A stretch of 64,000 nt of DNA from Octopus sinensis (taxonomy: Eukaryota), in NCBI RefSeq assembly GCF_006345805.1, contig NC_043004.1:80476001-80540000 (forward strand), written 5' to 3'. Under the pieces are notes generated by a model. It had not been told where the DNA came from. It saw nothing but the letters and a program-made list of their open reading frames with translations, and ran no database searches. A program made the position numbers and the translations under genes. Of the stretch, positions 37,052 to 51,959 are shown in pieces. The first letter of the stretch is position 1, and each line of letters starts with the position of its first letter.

Positions 37052-38729
37052 AGTTTAGGCAAAGTTCAGAGCTACTACCTCTGTTAGTGACGAAGGGCCT
37101 CTCCCTCGGAGTGAAAGGCAGATTGTATGATGTCTGTATAACAAATAAAAATCTTTTTTTTTTTCCAATATTTTTTTAGATGAGATTTGAGGGAAATTTG
37201 GTGCCTACTTTCAGCAAGTTAATTGACCATGTAGAAGCCTGCCTTTGGTCCCAAACAGAGAAGAGTGAAGGCAATTAGAGATTGTATCAAGCTTTAGTAG
37301 TGGTAGTGAGGGGGTGAGTGGGGGAATGACACTACTATCACTACTACTACTACTACTACCACTGCTGCTGCTACTTCTAGCCAGATGGTGGATCCAATCC
37401 CTAGAGGCTGTCTTCTTGGCTCAGGCATCCGGGATGGGAACAGACTGGAAGTGGGATAGGTGAAGAGTCTGGAAGGGGTGTGCTGTAGAAGAAATATAGT
37501 TGTGAAGCTACTGCTTACTATGAACTCTACTAGCACTACTACAATAAACACAACCACTGCCACCATCACCACTACTATTACTGGTTCCAGGCCATCTCGA
37601 AATGGAAAACTTTTTGGCCAAACTTCCTCCCCCCTACCGTTCACTCTCACCCTCAAATACACCTCCCCTATCTCCCCTATCGCCACCACCACCCCTGTAA
37701 CCACCTCAACCACCACCACCACCACCTTCAGTTCTTAATTTTAAATGTCAACGTGATCTCTTTTGTTTCACAGGTTAATCTCATTCTAAATCTTCCTGGC
37801 ACAACCTCAAATATCTCACCTCGTCATCTTTTCTTCTTCCTTCCTCTTTTGACCTGAAGTTTCTTCTTTTCTTTCTCGAAGGTGAGTTGGCGGAACCATT
37901 AAAGCAGTGGGAAAATGCTTAGCTACATTTCTTCTGCATCTTTACTTTCTGAGTTCAGACACCACTGAGGTCGGCATCCTGACTTGCAAATTCAAAGACC
38001 ATGTGCTCAGAGCCTGTAGATTGCTTGGAGACGCAAAGCATGTTTTAAAAACCTGCCTAGACTTTGCATCTCAATGCAAGAAACCATTAACGGTTATTAT
38101 CGTTACACTATGTGCATCAACCAGACTATCAGATGTTGTTTATACATCACTGATCACAATGTGTTTTACCTTTGAATGATGCCACTCTGCTGTGCTGGCT
38201 GGATGAGCAGGCCTAAATTGCCTCCAATTGGTAGGTTAGTCCATCCCAGGGTCACCCAGTTACAGTTGAGAGTGAAATTAAGTGTTTTGCTCAAGAACAT
38301 AATGTGCAGTGGTCCTGAGAATTGAAACCAGAATCTCATGATTGTGATTGCAACATGCTCTAACCACTAGTCCATGTGCCTTCACACACACACCTATATA
38401 TATATATATATATCATCATCATCATCATCATCGTTTAACGTCCGCTTTCCATGCTAGCATGGGTTGGACGATTTGACTGAGGACTGGCTAACCAGATGGC
38501 CGCACCAGGCTCCAATCTTGATCTGGCAGAGTTCCTACAGCTAGATGCCCTTCCTAATGCTAACCACTCTGAGAGTGTAGTGAGTGCTTTTATGTGCCAC
38601 CAGCACAACGGCCAGTCAGGCGGTACTGGCAACAACCTCACTCAAATGTTTTTTTAAGTGCCAGTAAGGCAATGCTGGTAATGATCACACTTGAATGGTG
38701 CTTTTTATGTGCCACCGGCACAGAAGCCA

Positions 38730-38785
<56 letters not shown>

Positions 38786-39779
38786 TATATTAAATTAGAG
38801 ATAAAACCACTATTAGGCAAATCATACAATGAAAAACTTAAGCCAATACATAAGATTATTAATTTATATTATTTTAAATATATATCAAAATTATTAAAAA
38901 AAGATAATATATATATATATATATATATATTTCTTTATTGCCCACAAGGGGCTAAACATAGAGGGGACAAAGAAGGACAGAAAAGGAATAAGTCGATTAC
39001 ATCGACCCCAGTGTGCAACTGGTACTTATTTAATCTACCCCAAAAGAATGAAAGGCAAAGTTGACTTCAGTGGAATTTGAACTCAGAACGTAACAGTAGA
39101 CGGAATACTGCTAAGCATGTTGCTTGGTATGCTAACGATTCTGCCAGCTCGCCACCATTACACACCTATGTATTGGCACATGTGATGGGCTTCTTTCAGT
39201 TTTCATCTACCAAATTCATTCATAAGGATTTAGGCCGGCCCAGGGCCACCATGTGAGATATTTACCCAAAGTGTCATGCTCAGGGGCTGAACCCAAATCC
39301 ATGCGGCTGTGAAGTGGATTTAAGGTGGATGTTTGGATGTCAAAGCTTCTTTGAGTTCCAATGTACCAAATCCATTTTAAACAGCTTTGGTCATACTGGA
39401 GCTATAATAATAGACATTTACCCGAGGTGCCAAGAAGTGGAATTGAACCTGGACATCCAGCTATACCTAACTGAAGATGAGATTAAGACTTGGATGGAAG
39501 TATTTTAGACCAATCTTCATGTAATGGACCCCCTAATAAAGTTGCATAAAACATTTATTCACTACCGCAATCAACATAGAATCGTTAACTTACAATTAAA
39601 TTAAACAAATCTCATCACAAATGAAGTGAAATTTTCAAGACGACCTGTGATTGAACTGCAATCATCTTTCTATAACAACTAACGAACTTACTAACTAACT
39701 ATACCATACCATACCATACCAGCCAGTTAAAACCAGTCGACTAACCATCCTACCCACCTACTAGTCTCTATTTCAATAC

Positions 39780-39952
39780 ATTTATCTGTCTATCTATCTA
39801 TGTATCTATCTACCTATCTGTCTCTCTATCTATCTATGTATCTATCTACCTATCTATTTGTCTGTCTGCCTATCTGTCTCTCTATCTATCTATGTATTTA
39901 TCTACCTATCTATCTGTCTGTCTGTCTATCTATCTCTCTATCTATCTATCTA

Positions 39953-39983
<31 letters not shown>

Positions 39984-40140
39984 GTCTGTCTATCTATCTA
40001 TCAGTCTATCTATCTACCTATCTGTCTATCTGTCTATCTATCTACCTATCTGTCTATCTATCTACCTATCTGTCTATCTATCTACCTATCTGTCTATCTG
40101 TCTATCTATCTGTCTGTCTGTCTGTCTATCAATCTATCTT
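39780..40140. repeat. (CTAT)/(CTGT) compound tetranucleotide repeat
   Basis: Directly visible. Confidence 0.95.
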
Positions 40141-40792
40141 TCTCTCTTGCTCTCTCTCATTAATTTCCAATTTATTTTAATGTACGCCTTATTTCAATGC
40201 ATGGAATAAAATTGAAATGAGATTTGTTGTAGAAATAAAAAATTTTTCAAAAATTACAAAAATAACAGAAAATACACTAAAAAAATTAATAAAATATAAA
40301 ATTGAATAAATTGTTTTCTCTCTTTTTCCCAATAATCCTCCACAAATCTCATTATATAATCTTTTTTTTATTACTATTTTCTCATATTTTCATTATTTTA
40401 TTCCTTTCTTTTATGTTATTTTTTGTTTTGTTTTTATTTATATATTTATTGCTCGTTCTTAACTAGTCTCTGAATCTCTCAACAACCACCTTGCTTCCTT
40501 GCTAACACCACCACCACAGCAACACACACACACTCTCTCTCTCGCTCTGTCTCTCTCACTGTTGTGTTCTTCCTACCTATCTACCTACCTATCTATCTAT
40601 GTATGATCTTTTACTTGTTTCAGTCATCAGACTGCGACCATGCTGGGGCATCGCCTGCAAGAATTCTTTGTTAAGTTAATTACATATTTTTTAAAGCCTG
40701 GGACTTATTCTATCAGTCTCTTTTGCCAAACTGCTAAGTTATGGAGATGTTTACACTCCAACCCCAGTCAAGCAGTGATGGGGGTGCAAAGA

Positions 40793-40830
<38 letters not shown>

Positions 40831-41541
40831 TGCACACAGGTGTATATATCATCATCATTATCATTTAATGTCCATTGTCCATACTGGCATGGGTTGGATG
40901 GTTTGACTGGAGCTGGCACACTAGGGAGCTGCACCAGACCCAGTCTGATTTGACATGGTTTCTACTGCTGGATGCCCTTCCTAATGCCAACCACTCTGAG
41001 AGTGTAATATGTACTTTTATGTGCCACCAGCACGCCAGGCAAAATGCTTAGTGGTATTTCATCTGCCGTTACATTCTGAATTCAAATTCCGCTGAGGTCA
41101 ACTTTGCCTTTCATCCTTTCGGGATCGATGAATTATGTACCAGTTACACACTGGAGTCAATATAATCGACTTAATCTCTTTGCCTGTCCTTGTTTGACCC
41201 CTCTATGTTTAGCCCCCTCTGGGCAATAAAGAAATATATATGACTAAGGACAGATCTTTATCCTTGAGACTCACAATGATTCATGTCAAGACAAGGGAAC
41301 ACAAACTTACATACCACTCAATTATCCATGCATAGGCATATGTACACATAAAAAACAGCTTCTTTCAATTTCCATCTACCAAACAAACCATAAGCGCAGG
41401 TGTGGCTGCTTCTCAACTGCATGGTTCTAGGTTCAGTCCCACTGTGTAGCACCTTGGGCTAGTGTCTTCTACTATAGTTTTGGGCCTACCAAAGCCTTGT
41501 GAGTGGATTTGGTAGATGGAAACTGAAAGAAGCCCCATCAA

Positions 41542-41595
<54 letters not shown>

Positions 41596-42737
41596 CTATG
41601 TGTGTGTATCTGAGTCACCCCCCTAATCACCACTTGACAACCAATGTTGGTGTGTTTACATCCCTGTAACTTAGCAGATCGGCAAAAGAGAGTGATAGAA
41701 TATGTAACAGGCTTTAAAAATAAGTAGTGGGGTTCGATTCATTTGACTAAAACTTCAAGGCGGTGCCCCAGCATGGCCATGGTCTAAAAAGAAAAAAGAT
41801 AAACCCAGTCACTAGGCTTTGATCAACACAGGGTTATAATAGAAGACCTGTCCAAGGTGCCACGTAGTGAGACTAAACCTGGCACCATGTGGTTGGGAGA
41901 GCAAACTTCTTAACCACATAGCCATGTCTTGTGTCTGTATATACTTTTTACTTGTTTCATTCAGCAGACTGTGGCCATGCTGGGGCACCGCTTTGAAGAA
42001 TTTCAGTCAAGCAGATTGACCCCAGCATTTATCTTCTTTTAAAAGCCTGGTACTTATTCTATCAAGCCCTTTTGCTGAACTGCTAAGTTATGGGGACTCC
42101 AATACCTGTTATCAAGCAGTGATGTGGGACAAACATAAAAACAAAGACACACATACACACACACACACACACATAAGAATCTTCTTTCAGTTTCCATCTT
42201 CTGGATCCACTTCTGAGTCTACAGTGGGAGACACTCACCCAAGGTGCCATGCAATGGCACTTTGGGCAGGTGCCTTTACTCATTAAAGAAGTATATATAT
42301 ATGTGTGTGTGTGTAGGCGCAGGCGTGGCTGTGTGTAAGTAGCTTGCTTCCCAACCACATGGTTCCGGGTTCACTCCCACTGCATGGCACCTTGGACAAG
42401 TGTCTTCTGTAGCCTCGGGCCAACCAAAGCCTTGTGGGTGGATTTGGTAGACAGAAGCACAGCCACACACACCACACACACACACACATATATATATGAT
42501 TGTGTGTCTGTGTTTGTTCCTCCACCATCGCTTGACAGCCGATGCTGGTGTGTTTACACCTCTATAACTTAGCAGTTCAGCAAAAGAGACCAATAGGATA
42601 ACTACTAGGCTTACAAAGAATAAGTCCTGGGGATCGATTTGTTCGACTAAAGGCCATGCTCCAGCATGGCCACAGTCACATGACTGAGAAAAATACAAGA
42701 ATAAAAGAATACATGTTACCATGTATATGCGTGAGTG

Positions 42738-42772
<35 letters not shown>

Positions 42773-43112
42773 TTGAATATGTATGTATGCATATATGTAT
42801 ATATTTTATTCTATATTTATTTGTACGTATGTTTCTCTCTATTATGCTATATTTAAATGACCTGCCTTACTCTATCATCTCTCTTCCATGTCCTTCTTTC
42901 CTCTTATCAATCTCTCTCTCTCTCTCTCATTACCACCCCTCTCTGTCTATATCTCTTTTATCCATTCTCTTACATGCATCTCTCCCTATCTTTCCTTCTT
43001 TACTCTCTTCTGTCTGTGTGTCCTCTTTCTCGTTGAGTTTCCACCATTTTGCTCTCATTTCCTCACACCACTCATTATCCTCATCAGGAAAGCCTTATCA
43101 CAATTATTATTA

Positions 43113-43149
<37 letters not shown>

Positions 43150-43609
43150 CATTACTTTTATTATTATATAATTATTATATATTATTATTCCTCCGCCTCT
43201 CCTCCTTTCCCCTTGGCATTAATTTCCTTCCCCCACTTCCTCCGCCTTCCCACCTACATATCTATCAACTCATCTGGCCATTCCATCACCCACTTCTTCT
43301 CCTTCGTCCTCCTTCTTCCTCGGACCCTTCACATAATTGGTTTGAATACGAAAAAAATAAAAAAGCTAATAACGAATAACACCACAACAAAACTACAAAA
43401 CCAAAAATATAAATGGAAACCCAAACCAAAGCTGAACAAAACCAATCTAAACAAGACTCACATCAATAATTAAACTTATTTTTCAATGGAGAATATTTTA
43501 ATGAACAATGTCTCTCTCATAATTTCCATTCTTGGAAACTTGTCTTCTGTAAACTACTGCCTGAACCGGAATTCTTGTGATGACTCCACTTTATGATTAT
43601 TGTTAGTAC

Positions 43610-43620
43610 GATTATTATTA

Positions 43621-43685
<65 letters not shown>

Positions 43686-43990
43686 TTCATTTTTATTATT
43701 AGTATTATTATTATTTTCATTTTTATTATTAGTATTATTATTATTTTCATTTTTATTATTAGTATTATTATTATTTTCATTTTTATTATTAGTATTATTA
43801 TTATTATTATTATATTATTATTATTATTTTATTATTATTATTATTATTTTCATTTTTATTATTAGTATTATTATTATTTTCATTTTTATTATTAGTATTA
43901 TTATTATTTTCATTTTTATTATTAGTATTATTATTATTTTCATTATTATTATTATTATTATTATTATTAGTAGTAGTAGTAGTAGTATAG
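43610..43990. repeat. (ATT)n tract containing a 30-bp higher-order unit
   Basis: ttattttcatttttattattagtattatta occurs as four exact tandem copies at 43681-43800, with further copies to ~43945. Confidence 0.9.
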
Positions 43991-44762
43991 TAGTAGTAGT
44001 ATCATTAGTGGTTTTAGTAGTGGTATTGCTGTTGTTAATGGTAATGGCGGCTGGTGAGGAAGAAATGGGTTTTTGAATATATAACTACTACACCCACTTC
44101 CATGCGTACAGATGCTTACAGAAACATGCACACATGCATGCATGTGTGTGCACACACAAACATGTACATGGATGTAAACTTATAGACACACATATGAAAA
44201 TATATATACACCAACAGATTTACAAATGTACACATAAACATGTATACATACATGCATGCACAAGCACATACATTCGTGCAATTGCAGACCTAAACGTATG
44301 TGCACACAAGCATATATATGCCCTCATATACACACACGCACAAACATACGTACACATTAGCAGTGTATGCTTATGGTACGTTTGATGAACACTACTTAAA
44401 TTGTTTGAACATCACGACGACGACAACCACCACCACCACCACTACTACTACTATACTACTACTACTACTACTACCACCACCACCACTACCACCACCACCA
44501 CTACTACTACTTTACTGTGACCATCATCTTCAGTAGTGGCTCTAGTAGCACCACTGTTGCTACCACCACCACCAGTACTATTGGTATTAACATCTTATAC
44601 AACGTTGCCTTTAGTGTCGCCACCTAGGCCACCCTAACTGCTTCCAATATGCTCATCATCATTATCAACGCAACAATAATGGGCTACCTTTCATTATCAT
44701 CTGTCCTTCAATACCATCAGCAACAAAACCACATTATTCGAAGCCACCATCTTTACCACCAC

Positions 44763-44823
<61 letters not shown>

Positions 44824-47760
44824 CTCCCTCTCTCTCTCTCAACCCATCTTGCTAAAGTGGAATAGTCTTGAATAATGAAAATAGAGGCTGAAGAGGGGGT
44901 GGGGGAAATGTAGACACCAACAAAGAAAACAATAAAGGAACGGAAACAAAAATAGCAAAAGGTAAAATGGAATTAATAAAGTGGGGATATGAAAGAAGGG
45001 AAAAACAAAAAATAAATATAAAGCAATGAATAAAATTCTTAAAAATTAAAAATTAATCTAATTGGCCGCAAAACTAGTTATTTACAATTATTATTTTCGT
45101 TTGATTTCAAAGTATAGTTTTGTTCAGAATCAAATCATTTGCTCTCTAACCTTGCATGTTTTCGGATTATATTGCTTAAGAAGAAGAAAGAATTAAATAA
45201 AATTCACAAAAAGGAAATTGAGGAGGGGGGGACTGAAGAAGAAGAAGAAGAAAAATGACTAAAAAAACAAGGAAATTTAAATAACAATAGAAAATAAACA
45301 TAAAAAAAAATTATATAAACTCTACTTGAGAATTTTTCTTTTAATTTTTCAAAGTAATAATAACACAAAGAAGAAATGTGTCTTGATGTTCGTTCAAACT
45401 CTTAATTGAACATGTGTGTGTCTATATGTATATATGTATATATATATGGTATGTGTGTGTGTATGTGTGTGTGTAATATGCATATGTATGTGAGAAAGCT
45501 GTGTATGTGTGACTGACTAAGTAGTAAAATGTCTAACTTCTGACCCTCCCGTCCACCCACACAGCTTTATATACACACACACACACATGTGTATATATAC
45601 ATATATATATATGTATATATATGTGTGTGTGTGTGTGTGTATATGTATATATATATATTTATATATATATATATATATGTATACACACATACACATATAT
45701 ACATACATATATGAAGATGTGCATGTACATATATATGTGCACTCAAATGCACATATATATAAACGCGTGCAAATATGTATGCACACACAAACATGTGGAT
45801 GTAAACACTGATGTGTGTGTGTGTATATATATGTGTGTGTGTGTGCGTATGTATGTGCATGTATATGTATATATATTTGTGTGTGTATATGGTGTAGAAT
45901 GTACGTGTATTTAGGAAATGATTATAAAGGAAGGTTAATGCTTGGCGCTATATTTTGGACAAGGTTAATGTAATATGACATCATCTCGTGTTAATTAAAA
46001 TTGGTATCTTCACCCACCCCCAACCACCACCACCCTTTACCTCCCTTTCCTCCTCCGCATCCATCAAAACAGCATCATTTGAGAGACTGACCTTTCAATT
46101 ATGTCAGATGAGCTTTTGACCCATCAATTATTTCCTTTGGAGGCTTCGTTCTTTCTTATTCTTTAATCCCATCGTCGCCAACGCTGCCGCCTGTTTCTTT
46201 TCTTCAATTCCCTCCACCGCCACCACCATCGCTGCCGTTGATGCCAACCGATCTTTCTCTCCTCTCGCACTCCGCTCTTTCTATTACTTTCTTAAAAGTT
46301 GAGCTTTTGATCTGTCAATTAGTTTCGATATGCATTTGACCTCTCAGAAACAGTGACAAATGGTTGCAAGTTTTATGTAACAACTATTGAGGCAGCGGTG
46401 GGTGGTGGGGGTCATATTGAGTTAGCTGTTAATTGAGAACGGAGTCGCGTTAAGCTTCTCATCTGTATTTGTATTATTGGAACTAAAGTAGTTCAATATT
46501 GAACCTCAGTGTCAATCAAAAAGGACTTTACAAATTGAGCTGTCTTTAAAGATAAACTCAGGTTAGATTAGTTAGATTGGGTAGGGTTGGCTAGGTCTGC
46601 AAACATTGATCTTTATTAGCAGTCTCTGGAGTTTGTGACATAGCTATTTACTATAACTTGATGATGAGAATGCCAGCACAAATAACTCTACCATTTTTTC
46701 CTGATTTCTTAAATTTATGCCAGCATAAAGTACCTACTTATCCATCAGGATATTACTGAGTCTGGTGCTATAACCATTTATATTAGATGCTGACAGTGTT
46801 ATTAACCATTTAGCATTACGATTACTCTGTCAAATACAATGCTTATATAGTCACATCATCTAGAATTAGTCATGCATTGTCTACTGGCTTTGAGATTTCG
46901 ATGATGTCATCATCAACATTTAACATCCGTTTTCCATGCTGGCATGAGTTGGCCGGTTCGACTGGAGGTCTGGAAGCCATGGAGGCTGCACCAGGCTCCA
47001 GTCTGATCTGGCAGTATTTCTATAGCTGGATGCCCTTCCTAATGCCAACCACTCTGAGAATATAGTGGGTGCTTCTAATATGCCACCGGCACAGGCGCCA
47101 GAGGGGGCTGGCATCGACCACGTTCGGATGGTGCTTTTATGTGCCAGCGGCACGGGAGCCAGTCAGGGCGAGGGCACTGCCATTGACCACGTTTGGATGG
47201 TGCTTTTTACATGCCACCAGTATGGGAATTGTTTAATTTTAGAATGACATTGCAGGATAGGTGTGACAGGCCAAATCTTGTAGGCTTGAACATAAGCAAG
47301 CAGATTTAGGACTTACATGGTCAGATTAAATACTAGAGGGTTAAAGTCATCCTGATGTATATTTAAGGGGTCAATCCTCTTTGTAGGGCCTATATCTCTT
47401 CAAGCTATACCTAAATAACCATTTAAATTCAGTAAGTCAAGTTACAAAATTGCTCATTAATAAAACACTCACAGCTTACATCAGTGACCAGTCTCAGCAT
47501 CTGCTAACTATTTAGATTTTGGCAGCTGAACTGTTGGAAAGTTAGACTTATCTTTGTCTTAGGATGTAAAGACAATAAGAGGTGACATAAACTATATCTT
47601 TTGGTAGTATTACATCTTCTTGGCTCTTCCCATAGTTACCGCCTTCGTGTTGTTCCTGCATTAACACTTTTTGTTTGCATATTTATGTGGAAACTCACTC
47701 CCTTTGTTTTTAATTAATTTTGAAAATAACAAGGAATTTCATGCAATAACTTAGTTGTTA

Positions 47761-47990
47761 TTAACCCTTTCGTTACTGTATTTATTTTGAGATGCTCTGC
47801 GTTTCTTTCAATTAATTTTAAATATAACAAAGAATTTAGTAAAATAACTTAGTTATCATTAAGCTAGTACTAGGAACGTAAATTGTGACTAAGGTCTGGT
47901 GGAAGATTTTAATTCAGTACTTTTGAAAACAAGACATTTGTGCTACAGAGCCAGAGGCAGTTTCAGCCAGGTTGGTATTAAAAGGGTTAA
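47761..47990. mobile_element. piggyBac-type MITE (TTAA TSD, CCCTTT.../...AAAGGG termini)
   Basis: TTAA CCCTTTCGTTAC ... GTATTAAAAGGG TTAA. Confidence 0.75.
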
Positions 47991-48123
47991 ACACACCCCT
48001 ACATTTGGGTAGAAGCAGTTTGAAAGGTGTGGATTGAAGGAAATTTAGACTATTATTTTTAGCATATAGAGTGACCACACTGAGGCCTCCTTCTCTTATG
48101 TTTTCTGCTGATTATTTTTCTTC

Positions 48124-48352
48124 TTAATCCCTTTGTTACCATATTTCTGTTGAAATTTTCTGTGTTTCTTTCAATTAATTTTAAGTATAACACAGAATTT
48201 AGTAAAATAACTTAGTTATCTATCGTTAAGCTAGTGTTTTAAGAACATAAATTGTGATTAAGGTTTGGTGGAAGATTTTAATTCAAAACTTATGAAAATG
48301 AGACATTTGTACTCAGAACCGGTTTCAGCCAGTATGGTACCGAAAGGGTTAA
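48124..48352. mobile_element. piggyBac-type MITE, second copy (partial relatives near 11.65-11.96, 47.66, 48.41, 61.3-61.5, 61.76 and 62.76 kb)
   Basis: TTAA TCCCTTTGTTACC ... GGTACCGAAAGGG TTAA; the internal sequence is homologous to 47761-47990. Confidence 0.7.
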
Positions 48353-48728
48353 ACTGGTATTGGGATGTAAATTAGCATGAAACTTTAAAGGAACATCTTT
48401 TTTGGTTCATTTTAACTCTCTTGTTACCATTTTTCTGATGAAATGTATTACTTTTGTTTTAATTAGTCAGAATAATAAAGAAAATAGTCAAGTAAGTGTC
48501 ATTATTAAGGTGGTGTTTTAGGACAGCAGGCATTGGTTGGCCTGGAGCTATAACAGAAGACACTTGCCCAAGGTGCCATCATGCTGTGAGACTGAAATCA
48601 AAAATCTGTAGTTGGAAAGCAAGGTTCTTAATGTAAAGCAAGCAATCAATCAATCCATCCATCCATCCATCCATCCCTGTCTGTCTGTCTCTCTCTCTGT
48701 ATTTAGCTATCTATCTACCTACTATCTA

Positions 48729-48765
<37 letters not shown>

Positions 48766-51461
48766 GTCTGCTTGTCTATCTGTCTGTGTCTGTCTTTCTA
48801 TCTATTTATCTGTCTGTCTGTCACTCCATTCATCCGTCCATATTTATATATGTGTGTATGTGTCTATATATATATATATATGTGTGTGTGTGCATATATA
48901 TCTGTGTGTATATATATATATATATATATATACACATACACACACATGCATACAGATGCAATATGCATACACACCATATTCATATTGTGTGTGTGTGTGT
49001 GCATATACACACACATCTTGTATGATGATGTAACAGAGTAGGTTTCTGTGTTGCTCTCTCTGTGCCTGTGGTTAACTTCCTCTTGTCCTGTTCCCACTGC
49101 ATTCCTCATTCTTTCATTCTTCTTTTTTTTTTCTTTCCTTCCATCCTTCTCCTTTACCATTATCTCTCTCTGCCAGCACTGATGCTACTTCCATTGGAAA
49201 CTTGATTGCTTTCAGATAATTAAACCAAAGTACAAGAAGTGTTAGGAATTGAATTTCTATAGCTGTCATGTGCTGCGGGAACCACTGCAATGATGGGTAA
49301 TTGTTCTGTCCTTGACTTCCTAACAAGAAGAAACTGGTTTCCATTCCTGATAGGCATTGTGGCGTTAGGGGAAGCAGAAGCTGAGCTAGGGTGGTGGGGG
49401 TTATTAGGATGTGAGGTCAAAGAGAAGGGCAAGAATAAAAGAGAGAGAGAGAGTGGAGTGAGAGTAAGAGGGGGAAGTTTGGAGTGAAAGAGTATGAATG
49501 AGAAGGAGGGAGTGGGAAGTTGGATAGAATAGGCAAAGGAGGAGAAGGAGTAGGAGTAAGGTAGTAGTGAGAGGGAAAGAACGAGTGGAAGTAAGAGGGG
49601 ATTTGAGCAACAGAATGGAAGAGAATCCAGAACAAGATAGGGAATGAGTGAAAGGGGAGCAGTTGAAGGAGGTATTGTGAATTATGGAGTGAGAGGGGGT
49701 TGTTGGAGGGGGTAAGTGAGAGGGGGTGTTGGAGTCAAGGGAAGGAGGGGAAAAACTGAGGTAGTAAAGAAAGGGAGTAAGGGAGTAAAAAGGAGTACAT
49801 TTAGAAGAGTAAGAACTAGGACAGATTTTTGTGGATTAGTGGGAGGTGGGGTTAGGATATATGATCAAAAGAAAGCATGTGAAATGTAAGTATAGAAGGC
49901 TGGGTGGGGGGTGTAAGAATGAGAGAAAGACAGAGGGGTGAAAGGGTTAGATGTAAATGAAGAGCAATTGAAGAGGATGTTAGAAAAGGGTCTGTTTTGG
50001 AACAGATTATGGAATGATAGAATTGGTAGGGGTGGCGGCTCCAAAAGGGGTCTCAGGGAGTAGTGTCCCTGCCTTCTTGAGTTAGTTTTTCCCCACCACA
50101 TTTCTTAAAAATTGTGGCAGAGGCGTTGGTCTTGGAACCACTCATGTCTAGAAACTGAGGTTGGGGGTAAGCAAGGGCATGCACCCTGAAGAAAATCCAG
50201 TTCCAAAAAAGTTTCATGATAGCAAAGGAGTATGGGCACCAGTCAGCCCAAAGGTTGGGGTGGGCTGCACCTGCCTACCTCAGTTGTTATGGCACTGAGG
50301 TATATCCGGCCACCCCTCTTAACGGGGACAAAACCCAGATTTAAAGCACTGAATGATGATGATGAAGGGAGATAGAAAGGGACCCCTTTTATTCTTTTGA
50401 TGGATTCAGTCATAGGACTGTGGCCATGCTAGAGCACTTTCTTAATTCATTTTCTATCAGTTTTGTTACTGCTTTATGGTTAGAAGTCGGTCTGTTTGAA
50501 TTTGTAGCAAATGGGAGATTGGACATAGCACAGAATGTGACAAGGTTGGCCCCCTTTGAATTACAGGTACCACTCATTTTTGCCAGCTGAGCAGAAAAGG
50601 AGCTGCATGAAATAAAAGTGTCTTGCTCAAAGACATAACGCACCATCAGGAATTGAACTTGCGAACCCATGATCATGAGCCAAATGCCTCTAACCACTAA
50701 ACCACCACCACCACCATCAACACCACAATCACCACCATCATCATCACCACCATCACCATCACCACCACTATCATCATCACCACCATAACCATCATCATTA
50801 TCGTCATCATCATCGTTGCCTCTCTTACACAATCGTAGCAGCATTATTCCAAAACCTTTCTTCTCAAAGAGTTTGGTGTGAGAGTCTGTTAAAATAATTT
50901 ACACCAAGACTTCCATCGCACAATTCCTTTTTTTTAAATTCTATTTTCTAACATTTTGTGGTGCATTATTTGTTCGTTTTTATCATTATATTTATATATT
51001 TTTTTTTTTACCATTTTCTTTATTCTATAATTTATTCATCATATTCTTTTTATTTATATAATTTATAATTTATCCTTTTTTTTGCTGTTGTTGTTGTTGT
51101 TGTTGTCGATATTTATTGCCTCTGAATATCTGAATATATATATTTTTCCATAAAATAAACAAAGAATTGAGAACTGAATTGTTCCAAGCCTAATTTTCCC
51201 GTCTTCCTCATTGTGATGTTGTATTCAAAATATTGGTAGAATAATCTTTTGGCCTTATTAAAGCGGGAGATAAGAGAAAAAGAAGAGAAGAGTGAAAAGG
51301 AGGCAGTTTGGAAGAAGAGGAGGAGGAGGAGGAGTAGGGAATAATAGTGACTGGCGGTGGTGGCGGTGGAGAATGGTAAACTAAAGGAAAAGTAAAATGT
51401 TTAACTGTTGGTGAAACTCGAGAAGCCAGCAGTTAATAGATTTATGTGCGTGCATCTATGT

Positions 51462-51509
<48 letters not shown>

Positions 51510-51921
51510 GATATATGTATATATAGATATATGTATATGTAGGTATATATATATACATATGTATGTATATATAGATATATGTATATATAGATATATGTAT
51601 ATGTAGGTATATATCTATACATATGTATGTATATATAGATATATGTATATGTAGGTATATATATATACACATGTATGTATAAATTCATTTATGTATCTTT
51701 ATATTTACATATATGTAAATAAACATTTACGTATGTGTATGTATATATGTGTACATATACATATGTTGTATATATATATATATATATATATATGCATGTG
51801 TGTATATATAATATATATGGCGGCTGGGGAGGTAGAGAAGCAATAAATTGATTGGTATATTTCCCATTGTATTCTTGCGTTTCTTTGGTTTCTCTTTCCT
51901 TTACAATGTCTAAACTCCCCC

Positions 51922-51959
<38 letters not shown>

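Noticed and set aside
37294-37738. Thr-rich mucin-like ORF and its antisense
   Set aside because: Built from (ACT)/(ACC) repeats, with no splice sites linking it to the glypican.
37774-37881. 108-nt exon-like segment (tttcacag ... GAAG|gtgagt)
   Set aside because: Stop codons in all three frames, and the donor comes from a decayed family A SINE head; at most a cryptic non-coding exon.
42721-44076. 250-, 163- and 158-aa ORFs
   Set aside because: Low-complexity CT-rich and (ATT)n sequence.
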